From: Candidatus Nealsonbacteria bacterium
GTDB lineage: Bacteria; Patescibacteriota; Minisyncoccia; Minisyncoccales; MHMH01
Direction: 5' to 3'
Assembly (NCBI GenBank): GCA_016188865.1
Contig: JACPGX010000001.1
Location: forward strand, 13,197 to 77,196
DNA length: 64,000 nt
Both the position numbers and the translations under genes were made by a program. The notes under the pieces were generated by a model. The model was not told the origin of the DNA, searched no databases, and worked only from the letters and a program-made list of their open reading frames with translations. Below are positions 28,142 to 36,664 of the stretch, in pieces. Within the stretch, counting starts at the first letter, position 1, and each line of letters begins with the position of its first letter.

Positions 28142-29497
28142 TCAATAACCTATGCGGTATTTCGTAAAAGCTTCTTGATAAACTCCCTCGTCCAAAAAGC
28201 CATGGCCGGAAATATTAAAAAGAATTATTTTTTTCTCACCGGTTGCCTTGCACTCGAGCGCTTCTTCAATTGCGGTGGCAATAGAATATATGGACTCCAC
28301 TGCGGGAAAGCCGTGCCGCCTAGGATTATACTCTCCGATATTGGCTACTTGCGGCAGGACAACCGGCGGAGGCAAGGGCCCTTCCGTATCATAAAATAAT
28401 TTAGCGCAGCAAAAAACAAAAGATTCATCGGGAGAAACCGCTTCTATCAAGCCATGATTTCTCAAAAGGCTGATAATCGGAGCGGCTGAAGCGTAGCGCA
28501 AACCTTCAGCTAAAGAAGGAGCGAGTTTTGCTTTATGGCCCAAAGTATACATCTTCAACTTCGGAGTCAAACCGGCGTGGTCAGCGTAGTCATAGCGATA
28601 TTTTCCCTTAATCAAGCTGGGAGCGGCTTGCGTCTGGCTGGCAATAAATCTGATTTTTTTTCCACCCGCCAAAACTTCTTTCATAAAAGGCAGAGCAATA
28701 CCGCCAAAATTACTCCCGCCGCCAAGACAGGATATTACGATATCCGGCCAAAGCCTCAATTCCTCAAACTGCTGACGCGCTTCCAAGCCAATAATGGTCT
28801 GATGCAAAAGCACGTGGTTTAAAACAGAACCCAAAACGTAAACCGTACTTTCGGAGCTGGGTAGATAAGCTGTGTCCTTACGGGAAATGGCATCTTCCAA
28901 GCCTTCGGAAATGGCTATGCCTAAAGACCCTTGATGATTGGGATTATCATGCAAAAGTGTCTGGCCGCATCCTGTATTTGTGCTGGGAGAAGCATAAACC
29001 ACGGCTCCTAATTCTTCCATAAACTTTCTTCTTTCCGGCTTTCTATCGTGAGCCGCTCTCACCCAATAAACCGCCGCCTCAAGGCCAAAAATTTTTGCTG
29101 CGTAAGCCACGGCAGTTCCCCACTGTCCTGCTCCGGTTTCTGTAACTAGCCGTTTAATGCCAGCTTGTTTTGCGTAAAATGCTTGGGCTAAAGCAGTATT
29201 TAATTTATGAGAACCTGTGGGACTGTAAAATTCTGTTTTATAAAAAAGACGGGCGGGAGTTTTCAATGCTGCTTGAAGTTTTTTAGCTTCAACCAGCGGC
29301 CTTGGCCTGCCAATCATCGCATAAATTTGCTGAAGCTCTTTGGGAATTTCAATTTCCGGTTCCCTGCTCATTTCCTGCTTCAAGCATTCCGGCACTAAAA
29401 CTTTCAGCACTTCTTCGCCGCCTTTTGGCGGAGGCAATGGCTCTAAGTATTTTGCCAAATCCGGCACAATGTTATACCAACTCTGAATATTTTCCAT
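28142..29497 (-). CDS. TrpB2-type tryptophan synthase beta-like PLP enzyme
   Basis: ..FYSPTGSHKLNTALAQA..TETGAGQWGTA..; start at MENIQSWYNI with GGAGGT SD. Confidence 0.8.
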   Translation of the reverse strand: MENIQSWYNIVPDLAKYLEPLPPPKGGEEVLKVLVPECLKQEMSREPEIEIPKELQQIYAMIGRPRPLVEAKKLQAALKTPARLFYKTEFYSPTGSHKLNTALAQAFYAKQAGIKRLVTETGAGQWGTAVAYAAKIFGLEAAVYWVRAAHDRKPERRKFMEELGAVVYASPSTNTGCGQTLLHDNPNHQGSLGIAISEGLEDAISRKDTAYLPSSESTVYVLGSVLNHVLLHQTIIGLEARQQFEELRLWPDIVISCLGGGSNFGGIALPFMKEVLAGGKKIRFIASQTQAAPSLIKGKYRYDYADHAGLTPKLKMYTLGHKAKLAPSLAEGLRYASAAPIISLLRNHGLIEAVSPDESFVFCCAKLFYDTEGPLPPPVVLPQVANIGEYNPRRHGFPAVESIYSIATAIEEALECKATGEKKIILFNISGHGFLDEGVYQEAFTKYRIGY

Positions 29498-29584
29498 TAG
29501 CGTACCTCCATCTTCTATTTTCAAGGCGCTAATCCACCATACAAAATCTTCAAAAAAAATCAAGCCCCAAAATAAAACCCCGGA

Positions 29585-30748
29585 TTAACCCGAGGTTTTT
29601 TTACTTAATAGAATTTCCAGATAAGATTTTTTAGTGGTGTCTTTTTTCCTGATGCCGAGCTTTTTCAAGAGTTCGGTGATTTCAGCTTTCCCCTCGTGAT
29701 TCTTAGCGCGGAATTCCAAAAATTCTCCGTTGTTTTCTATTCTATCCATAACGAGTTCCAGATTATCTCTTTCAGAAAATTTTCGCCTTATTTTTTTCAG
29801 AGAAAGCGTTCTTTTATATCCCAACTTTTCCAGTGCGTCTTTTAAACCGGGCTCCACCTCAAACTCAATTTTGGGCTTAATCCTGAAAGAGCCACTGCAT
29901 ACAGGACCTTTGTAGGCAAGAAAATATCTGCCCCCCTCTTCCCTTATGCGCATCAACTCTCCCTTATAATTCTTTTCCCAATTAGGAGCAGAATAGTAGG
30001 TGTCCTGCTGGAGAGCGCTGGATCGCAATCGAAAGCCAATCTTTGCCAATTCGTCCAGAGGAATTTCCCGCCTCAAAAATACTTTAATCTGGATTTCCTG
30101 ACTCTGGCACGATTCAGCTTCAATTTCCGGAACATACTGATTAACGATTATTACATCGGCCCGGGATTTTGTCGGCTCAACGTGCAGCTTATACATCGGA
30201 TAAACGGTTTCTACATACTGCCTAAAAATATCCCGCTCTGTCTGGCCGGTTCTGCCGACATCCCTAAGAAGCCTGCGCAATAAACTTCCGTGAACGCTTA
30301 TATCCACAAAAATTTTACAATCAACTCTGCTGACAATGGTATCATGCAAAGCAAAGAGGCCCTCCAGAATGATTAAGTCAGCCGATTGGAATTCTTCGTA
30401 TCCTTCTCTCGTGCCTGTCTCAAAGGAATAGATTGATTTTTGGATCGAAAGGCCGCATTTTAAAAGTTCCAGGTGCCACTTCAGAAGATCAAGATCAAGA
30501 GCCCGCGGCTCATCCCAATTGTCAGAGCCGATGCTCTCCATGAAATGCCGGCCCTTGAAATAATCGTCCATGCTTAAGATAACTGACCCGGGAAAGCAAT
30601 CGTGAAGACTCTTGGCTACTCTCGTTGTTTTGCCCGAACCCGAACCTCCGGCAACCCCTATAATCAACGGTTTCGTTTTCTTTATCATTCTTTTTATTCT
30701 GCGCTGGATGACTGGCAGTCCTTTGTTTAATTCGTAAGTCTTAGACAA
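29585..30748 (-). CDS. uridine kinase/PRK-family P-loop kinase fused to C-terminal CYTH domain
   Basis: IIGVAGGSGSGKTT P-loop; C-terminal beta-rich EIQIKVFLRREI.. region; probable TTG start (30748) 5 nt after GGAGGTG inside upstream gene end. Confidence 0.7.
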   Translation of the reverse strand: MSKTYELNKGLPVIQRRIKRMIKKTKPLIIGVAGGSGSGKTTRVAKSLHDCFPGSVILSMDDYFKGRHFMESIGSDNWDEPRALDLDLLKWHLELLKCGLSIQKSIYSFETGTREGYEEFQSADLIILEGLFALHDTIVSRVDCKIFVDISVHGSLLRRLLRDVGRTGQTERDIFRQYVETVYPMYKLHVEPTKSRADVIIVNQYVPEIEAESCQSQEIQIKVFLRREIPLDELAKIGFRLRSSALQQDTYYSAPNWEKNYKGELMRIREEGGRYFLAYKGPVCSGSFRIKPKIEFEVEPGLKDALEKLGYKRTLSLKKIRRKFSERDNLELVMDRIENNGEFLEFRAKNHEGKAEITELLKKLGIRKKDTTKKSYLEILLSKKTSG

Positions 30749-31220
30749 TTTTACACCTCCATTCTTCCGGAATAGCGTCGAGTTTCGCCAAATTATGATT
30801 TTCAAATCTTGGATCACCCGTCACTTCTTCGGTCATAATGCCCGTAGGCATTTCAAAAGCATCATCTTTTGATTTTTTCTCGAACTCCAGCAAAACTAAG
30901 CCGCCTAATTGAGCAAGAAAAACATCGAGCTCCAAAATGCCAATGAGATGTCTTGTCTTTCTGATTTTGTTAAACTTTCTGACTCTTAAAAGCGTATTGG
31001 CAAAAGTGCGATGAATTTCCTGCTCATACTCCCGATTAACGCCCGGCTTCTGCTTTATTTTTATTGTCAAATAGTAAGTATCGAAATTCTCAACCCTCAC
31101 TCTAATCGGCGGGTCAATGGAAATATACCATTGAGTGATTTCTTTGCTAGGATATTCAAGATAGCTTCTCGGAAGCGCCTTCACCAAAAATTTTTTTTCA
31201 TTCTCAATCTTTAATTTCAC
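30741..31220 (-). CDS. CYTH-domain (triphosphate tunnel metalloenzyme) protein
   Basis: KLKIENEKKFLV (ExExK) N-terminal motif; probable GTG start at 31220 just after Nudix stop. Confidence 0.7.
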   Translation of the reverse strand: MKLKIENEKKFLVKALPRSYLEYPSKEITQWYISIDPPIRVRVENFDTYYLTIKIKQKPGVNREYEQEIHRTFANTLLRVRKFNKIRKTRHLIGILELDVFLAQLGGLVLLEFEKKSKDDAFEMPTGIMTEEVTGDPRFENHNLAKLDAIPEEWRCKIV

Positions 31221-31221
31221 G

Positions 31222-31626
31222 CTATCCTTCCCTTTTCGAATCATTGATTATCTTGCGATGATCAAATCCTATATTCTCGGGAAGTTGATCCAAAGGGAAA
31301 AATTGAAATTCCAGCGACTCATCGTTAAGACAAATCTCCCCCTTTGTTCTCTCTAAAAGAAAAACCATGGAAACTACGTGGTACCTTGGGTCTCTCTTGG
31401 GATCAGAATACACTCCAATTAATTTTTTAATCCTCACTGAAATTCCCAATTCTTCTTTCATTTCCCTTTTAACCGCTTCTTCAACAGTTTCTCCGTATTC
31501 AACATGACCGCCGGGAATCACCCAATACCCGATAAAGGGATAATAACTCCGTTTCTCCAATAAAATCTTCCCTTCTTCCAAAATCACTCCATCCACGGCT
31601 AAAATCGGACTTCTCGGCTTTTCCAT
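31222..31626 (-). CDS. NUDIX hydrolase
   Basis: Nudix box GGHVEYGETVEEAVKREMKEELG; AAGGAGGAAGG SD. Confidence 0.85.
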   Translation of the reverse strand: MEKPRSPILAVDGVILEEGKILLEKRSYYPFIGYWVIPGGHVEYGETVEEAVKREMKEELGISVRIKKLIGVYSDPKRDPRYHVVSMVFLLERTKGEICLNDESLEFQFFPLDQLPENIGFDHRKIINDSKREG

Positions 31627-31766
31627 GAATCCTTCCTCCTTTTATTGCGAATTTTGTCAATGAACGAAGTTATATTATCAAAAATTTAAAAATTTGACAA
31701 GAAGAAAAACGTATGCTAATCTTCCAGAGTTCGGTTCATTAAAAATAATCGTAAAGGGGGAAAAGT

Positions 31767-32360
31767 ATGAGCCACATCGCGGTTTACAAGACAACGCTGG
31801 GAGAGGTTAATACAGATATTCTGAAAAAAACCCTGGAAATCCTTGCGCTGGAGGAAACCGGCATAGAAATACGCGATTATATAGAAGATTACTACGGGAA
31901 AAAACATAGTTCATGGGAAGGAAATAAGATCATCGGAGCTATATTCAGCCGCCAATTGCAAAAAGGAGTTGGCGTCAGCGTAGATAAGCAGGGGCATCTT
32001 GTTTTTATTTCGCATGAACTAGGACCGGCCTTTGAAAAAATAAAAGCCAGAATTGAGCATATCTATAAAGTGGTTGCTCTGGCAATCGCCCTCCAAAATA
32101 TGGGGTACGAAATCCAGGCAGATGAAAAAATGACGACCCTCGAGGCAACTCTTAATAAAAATAAAATCAGCATTGAAATGAAGGGCAAAGGAGATGTTGC
32201 CACCGACCTTGAAGGATTTGCCGGTAAAACCTGCTTTGAAGAAGCGCAAAAATTAGCAGAAATGCTGAAAGAATTGGGGGTGAACGTTGATGCCAAAGAT
32301 TTGCAGCCAAAACCAGAAAGCCAAATCGAACCGCCCGAAAGGCAAAAACAAAGCTCCTAG
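31767..32360 (+). CDS. DUF1257(Ycf35)-like N-terminal domain fused to DUF2997-like C-terminal domain
   Basis: 197 aa; starts MSHIAVYKTTL; C-terminal ISIEMKGKGDVATDLEGFAGKTCFEEAQKLAEMLKELG; AAGGGGGA SD. Family assignment from memory of family signatures. Confidence 0.6.
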   Translation: MSHIAVYKTTLGEVNTDILKKTLEILALEETGIEIRDYIEDYYGKKHSSWEGNKIIGAIFSRQLQKGVGVSVDKQGHLVFISHELGPAFEKIKARIEHIYKVVALAIALQNMGYEIQADEKMTTLEATLNKNKISIEMKGKGDVATDLEGFAGKTCFEEAQKLAEMLKELGVNVDAKDLQPKPESQIEPPERQKQSS

Positions 32361-32361
32361 T

Positions 32362-32502
32362 ATGATGGTAATTTCTGTCTTGTCAAATGGCGACATTATG
32401 GTGCAAGATTACTCGCATCAAGATGATCGCCAAAAACTCGTTAAAATGCTTCAAAAAATGGGAATAAAAACAGAAGCTATTATTGACAGTCTTTGCGGTT
32501 AG
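32362..32502 (+). CDS. 46-aa mini-protein (DUF2997-shaped, lacks the Cys)
   Basis: MMVISVLSNGDIMVQDYSHQDDRQKLVKMLQKMGIKTEAIIDSLCG; ATG 1 nt after upstream stop; ORF-track 32287 start overlaps gene 1. Confidence 0.5.
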   Translation: MMVISVLSNGDIMVQDYSHQDDRQKLVKMLQKMGIKTEAIIDSLCG

Positions 32503-32512
32503 GGGAGGTAAG

Positions 32513-34330
32513 ATGGACGAAAAAAATAATTTGCCCGAGTGGTTTAATGATCTTGTCACTCAATATCAGGCTGGCATCAGCCGGGAATTTATACTTTTTG
32601 GGAATATCGCTGACTTGATTCGTAATCCTGACGACGAACCGGAAAAACAGTATATTTCTTTTCGAGAATTTTGGGAGAAAATTTTTGAAGAACGTGAAAT
32701 GGTTATTCTTTACAGCATGGCCTGGGGACTCCGTTTCCCTAACAAAGATATGGAAGAACGTTTTAGAATAGCTTCCGGATTCGACCAGCCAGACTCAAGC
32801 TCAACAAGTCCTCTGGCAAAAGTCGGCGTCCTGCAGAAAAGACGGCTTCCTCAAGATCCAGAAACCTGCCTTCTGCTTATTGAAAGAGCGCTTAGAAATA
32901 TACCGAAAATAGCGGTGATGATCTACTTTGCTCACCACGTTGTCCCGGCTGGAGGTCCCGGCGGGACAACGCAGACACCCTCGGAAAGAGTAAACATTGA
33001 AAGACTTGCCCAGTGGGCTTCGAGCGTAGGAATCAAAGAAAGCAAGGGCATTGTCCTATTATTTACTGATAAAATTGCGAACCTTGCCTCGGAACTGCGA
33101 GAAACTAACAGTGGCGTTAAACCGATTATGGTGCTCAAGCCTTCAAGGGCCGAAAGAAAAGAATTTTTGCAATCCATTACCTGCAAGCCACAGCCGAAGA
33201 AAAAGAAACAGCCGCCAGTTGATAGCGAAGGAAAATTTTTAGTACCGGAAGATTTCAACCTGGACGAATTCACCCACGCTACTCAGGGAATGGGCTTCCA
33301 GCAGATTCTTGATATTTTCCTTCGCAGCAAAGAAAGAAAGGGGGCAGTAAATTTAGATTATGTAAAAGAAGAAAAAAAGAAAATACTGAACAGCGAATTC
33401 GGCGAAGTTATGGAGGTTATGGAACCTGCAAGCGGATTCGACGATGTCGGAGGATTGGAGTATATAAAGAAATATTTTAACGTTATTCTTGACGCCATAA
33501 AGAAAGGTGAAAAAAGACTCGTCCCGATGGGAATCACCTTGATGGGTCCTCCGGGAACCGGAAAGACAAAGATTCTTGAGGCACTGGCCTTCGAAGCAGG
33601 CTTCAACTTTGTCAAAGCTAAAAATCTCCGAAACATGTGGGTCGGCGGCTCGGAAGAGAGGATGCAGACTTTCAAATACGGTCTTTATTCACTGGCGCCG
33701 GTTGTGGTTAACAATGATGAGGCCGATCTCGCCGAAGCCGACCGCAATTCTCCGAAAGGAGATTCCGGTGTATCGGAAAGGCACATGAGAGAATGGATGG
33801 ATATGCTGTCCGATCCGAAAATCCGCGGCCAAATTATTGTAATCAACTGCACCAATAGACCCGACAGGCTTGATCCGGCTCTCAAAAGAAGCGGGAGAAG
33901 CGATGACAGAGTCCTCCTGCCCATGCCTTCAGAAGAAGAGAGGAAAGTGATTTTTCCGGTAATGTTCAAGAGATACAAAATACCAACGAGTATTTCTGAC
34001 TTTACAGAATTTGCCGAACTGACAAACGGCTTATCCGGAGCAGATATCGAAAAAATAACATTGAACGCCTTCAAGCTGGCGTTTAAGCAATGCAGGGAAA
34101 AGGTCGACGCAGACGATTTGAAAAAGGCAATTGCCGATTTCATCCCAAGCGCCAGCCAGAAAGAAATCGATCTGATGACCCTTATGGGTATACTGGAATC
34201 TTCATCGCGTGAATTACTGCCGCCTCATATCAAAGAGATTGTCGAGGCGATTAAAAAACGAAACATGGTACCGAACCTTGACGGAATTCTTGCTGAAATC
34301 AAGGCCAGAAAAATTGTGGATATAGATTAA
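32513..34330 (+). CDS. AAA+ ATPase, Ycf46-like (long N-domain + one classical AAA module)
   Basis: Start at MDEKNN after GGGGAGG SD; Walker A GPPGTGKT, Walker B VVVNNDEAD, SRH TNRPDRLDPALKRSGRSD. Confidence 0.8.
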   Translation: MDEKNNLPEWFNDLVTQYQAGISREFILFGNIADLIRNPDDEPEKQYISFREFWEKIFEEREMVILYSMAWGLRFPNKDMEERFRIASGFDQPDSSSTSPLAKVGVLQKRRLPQDPETCLLLIERALRNIPKIAVMIYFAHHVVPAGGPGGTTQTPSERVNIERLAQWASSVGIKESKGIVLLFTDKIANLASELRETNSGVKPIMVLKPSRAERKEFLQSITCKPQPKKKKQPPVDSEGKFLVPEDFNLDEFTHATQGMGFQQILDIFLRSKERKGAVNLDYVKEEKKKILNSEFGEVMEVMEPASGFDDVGGLEYIKKYFNVILDAIKKGEKRLVPMGITLMGPPGTGKTKILEALAFEAGFNFVKAKNLRNMWVGGSEERMQTFKYGLYSLAPVVVNNDEADLAEADRNSPKGDSGVSERHMREWMDMLSDPKIRGQIIVINCTNRPDRLDPALKRSGRSDDRVLLPMPSEEERKVIFPVMFKRYKIPTSISDFTEFAELTNGLSGADIEKITLNAFKLAFKQCREKVDADDLKKAIADFIPSASQKEIDLMTLMGILESSSRELLPPHIKEIVEAIKKRNMVPNLDGILAEIKARKIVDID

Positions 34331-34347
34331 AAAAGGAGGTAAAAAAA

Positions 34348-35286
34348 ATGGGTGGAGGGGGAACATATTACGATAGGGATGTAACCGACAGGAATCGAAG
34401 GACAGATAAGGGTTTTTCAGATGTTGCGGAATCAAAAATGTCTAGAAGCAAAGTTGATGCGGCAGTACTCCCTCGCGGCAGAAAACTTACCTGTACGGCT
34501 AAAAGTCCTGTTGTTTATGCATTTGATGTAACTGGTTCTATGGGCGATCTGCCAAAAATAATTTTTGACAAAATGCCAATGATGGCAGGCCAGTTGATAG
34601 AGAAGGGTTACCTTGAAGATGTGATGATGAGCCTTTCGGCCGTGGGCGATATTCTAAGTGACCAGGCGCCTCTGCAAGTGTGTGATTTCGCTCTTGTTAA
34701 GAATCTGGACGAGTGGCTGCAAAGAATCTGGCTGGAAGGCCAGGGGGGAGGGCAAGCGCGGGAATCGTACGAGTTTATTGCCTACTTCTATGCGAAAATG
34801 TGCGATATTCCAAATGCTGAAACGCCGATATTTCTTTTCACCGGAGACGAAGGGTTCAGAGAAAACCTGCCCGCAGCTACCCTTAGGGAATATTTTGGCA
34901 AAGGAAGTGAAAACACTGACGCCAAAAGCATCTTCGAAGAGTTAAAAAAGAAATTCAAGGGCAATGTATTTCTCATTCATCGGCGTTACAATCAAGGCGA
35001 CCAAGAAATTGTAGCGCAATGGGAAAATGTCCTTGGTAAAGAGAGAGTAATTAAACTTGGCAGTGATTTGGCCATCGCTGATGTAACTTTAGGAGTATTC
35101 GCAATCGTCGCCGGTAAGCGCACCCTTGAAGAATATCTCCAAGACATGAAAACCAGGGGCCAAGACGACCAAAGAATTGCCGAGGTCAGAAAATCCTTGG
35201 AGGTACTGGCTGCTATGATAAAACCCGCCCGCAAAATTTCCAAAAAAGCACCGGCAACAGAAAAGAAAAAGCCGGGAAGGATTTAA
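34348..35286 (+). CDS. vWA-domain protein (MIDAS DxTGS) with basic C-terminal tail KKKPGRI
   Basis: 312 aa; VVYAFDVTGSMGD, ..DQAPLQV.., LEGQGGGQARESYE; AGGAGG SD. Confidence 0.7.
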   Translation: MGGGGTYYDRDVTDRNRRTDKGFSDVAESKMSRSKVDAAVLPRGRKLTCTAKSPVVYAFDVTGSMGDLPKIIFDKMPMMAGQLIEKGYLEDVMMSLSAVGDILSDQAPLQVCDFALVKNLDEWLQRIWLEGQGGGQARESYEFIAYFYAKMCDIPNAETPIFLFTGDEGFRENLPAATLREYFGKGSENTDAKSIFEELKKKFKGNVFLIHRRYNQGDQEIVAQWENVLGKERVIKLGSDLAIADVTLGVFAIVAGKRTLEEYLQDMKTRGQDDQRIAEVRKSLEVLAAMIKPARKISKKAPATEKKKPGRI

Positions 35287-35298
35287 AGGAGGTAGATA

Positions 35299-35763
35299 AT
35301 GATTGTAAAACTCCCTGTGCCAATTTCATCTATTATAGACCAGGCAGTTGATATTTTCGTTTCCAGTCACTCTGGAGTAGAAACTGATAAAAGATACCAA
35401 GGCGCCGACCTATGGATGATACGCAAACACGAAACAGGAAATAGCGATGAGCCGTCTATTGTTTCGCGGCGAATAACAATCGCGGCATATCCAGAAAACG
35501 AAGATGAATTAGTTTTCATACCCGACATTATTGTAACCAAGGCAAACAGCGGTCGCTATGTTCCTACGGCCGAGAAACGAAGGGAAAATATGAGGCGTCT
35601 TTCTATTTTTGATATTGAGGGCCGCTTGTTTCGTAAACGAAACGAAAATCAGAGAAGGAAAGAACTCGAAAAGATAAGAAATGAGATGGTGAAAATATTA
35701 AACTCTGCTTGGGTTGCCACAAACAATCTTTCAACGGCGGATGCGACAGAATTAGTTCCGTAA
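35299..35763 (+). CDS. hypothetical protein, last gene of operon
   Basis: 154 aa, AGGAGG SD, no recognisable motif. Confidence 0.6.
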   Translation: MIVKLPVPISSIIDQAVDIFVSSHSGVETDKRYQGADLWMIRKHETGNSDEPSIVSRRITIAAYPENEDELVFIPDIIVTKANSGRYVPTAEKRRENMRRLSIFDIEGRLFRKRNENQRRKELEKIRNEMVKILNSAWVATNNLSTADATELVP

Positions 35764-35785
35764 TAAGTTTAGATAGTTGTAAATC

Positions 35786-35826
35786 AAAACCCGATGTTTA
35801 CATCGTCAACATCGGGTTTTTTGTTT
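35786..35826 (+). terminator. intrinsic terminator of the 31767-35763 operon
   Basis: aaaacccgatgtt/aacatcgggtttt 13-bp stem + T-run. Confidence 0.8.
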
Positions 35827-35853
35827 AAAACTAACGATGTCGTTCTTCGTTAG
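35827..35853. repeat. hairpin repeat i of Y1-transposase-like gene 3 (3' flank)
   Basis: aaaactaacgatgtcgttcttcgttag; ctaacga/tcgttag stem; abuts stop codon. Confidence 0.8.
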
Positions 35854-36600
35854 TTATTCAATGGCGACTTGTTCCGAATCGGCCAATTCTCTTTTTACTT
35901 GCAGCCAATCATTGACTAATCTTCGGGCTTCTTTAACGCCGCCCATTTCATTAATCAGCCATTCCCTGGCAGTGACGGACGGAAAATTTTTATTGCCAAG
36001 GCAATCGAGATAGCTTGACCAACGATATTCTTCTTCAAGAAATTTAATAATTTTATTTAAATCTTTAATTTTGATTCCCTCTTCTTTCCACTTCGGACAA
36101 ATAATTGCTACTGGATTGGTATGAATATAGACAAAAACAATTTTTAATTGGTTGTCGTTAGTAATATAAACTATTTTATATCTTCCCTGAAAAACATGCC
36201 CCGCTCTTTTATATTTCTGATTATAGTAATGTCCGTATCCAGTCCCAATTTTTCTCATGAGTTTAATTATACCGCCATCTTTGACTTGTCGCACCAACAG
36301 ATGAACATGATTTAACATCAAACAAAATGCCAATATCTCTACTATAATTTCTCTTTTTTCATCTCTTATATTTACTAAACTAACGATGTCGTTCTTCGTT
36401 AATTTTCGTTTTAGAGAAAAATGGCGGGCAACACGGAATTTTGAAGAAACTGGCTTTAAGTCGTTGAATACAAATAAATTATGGATCATTTGCAAATAAT
36501 CTTGCTTATCACGAAAAAGCTTTAGGCCATCTACTGCCCGAATAACAATGTGGTATATTTCCTTAGTAACTAATGGTGGTCTTCTGCCTTTATTCTTCAT
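35854..36600 (-). CDS. HUH/Y1 transposase-like protein, copy 3
   Basis: 248 aa; HUH LMLNHVHLLV, Tyr motif VYIHTNPV. Confidence 0.8.
   Translation of the reverse strand: MKNKGRRPPLVTKEIYHIVIRAVDGLKLFRDKQDYLQMIHNLFVFNDLKPVSSKFRVARHFSLKRKLTKNDIVSLVNIRDEKREIIVEILAFCLMLNHVHLLVRQVKDGGIIKLMRKIGTGYGHYYNQKYKRAGHVFQGRYKIVYITNDNQLKIVFVYIHTNPVAIICPKWKEEGIKIKDLNKIIKFLEEEYRWSSYLDCLGNKNFPSVTAREWLINEMGGVKEARRLVNDWLQVKRELADSEQVAIE
36376..36403. repeat. hairpin repeat ii, inside the ORF of copy 3
   Basis: taaactaacgatgtcgttcttcgttaat; encodes ..LTKNDIVSLV.. in the pre-HUH linker. Confidence 0.8.
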
Positions 36601-36628
36601 AAAACTAACGATGTCGTTCTTCGTTAAT
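36601..36628. repeat. hairpin repeat iii, abutting the start codon of copy 3
   Basis: aaaactaacgatgtcgttcttcgttaat begins 1 nt after ATG(36600). Confidence 0.8.
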
Positions 36629-36631
36629 TAT

Positions 36632-36660
36632 ACTATAGCGAAATAAAAATACCCTGCCAA
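36632..36660 (-). promoter_or_regulatory. promoter of copy 3 (TTGGCA-17-TATAGT)
   Basis: Minus strand cTTGGCAgggtatttttatttcgcTATAGTataatt; transcript would start at the hairpin. Confidence 0.5.
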
Positions 36661-36664
36661 GAGT

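Noticed and set aside
32287-32502. 71-aa version of the mini-protein starting at 32287
   Set aside because: It overlaps the last 74 nt of the upstream gene in another frame. The ATG at 32362, directly after the upstream stop, is more parsimonious.
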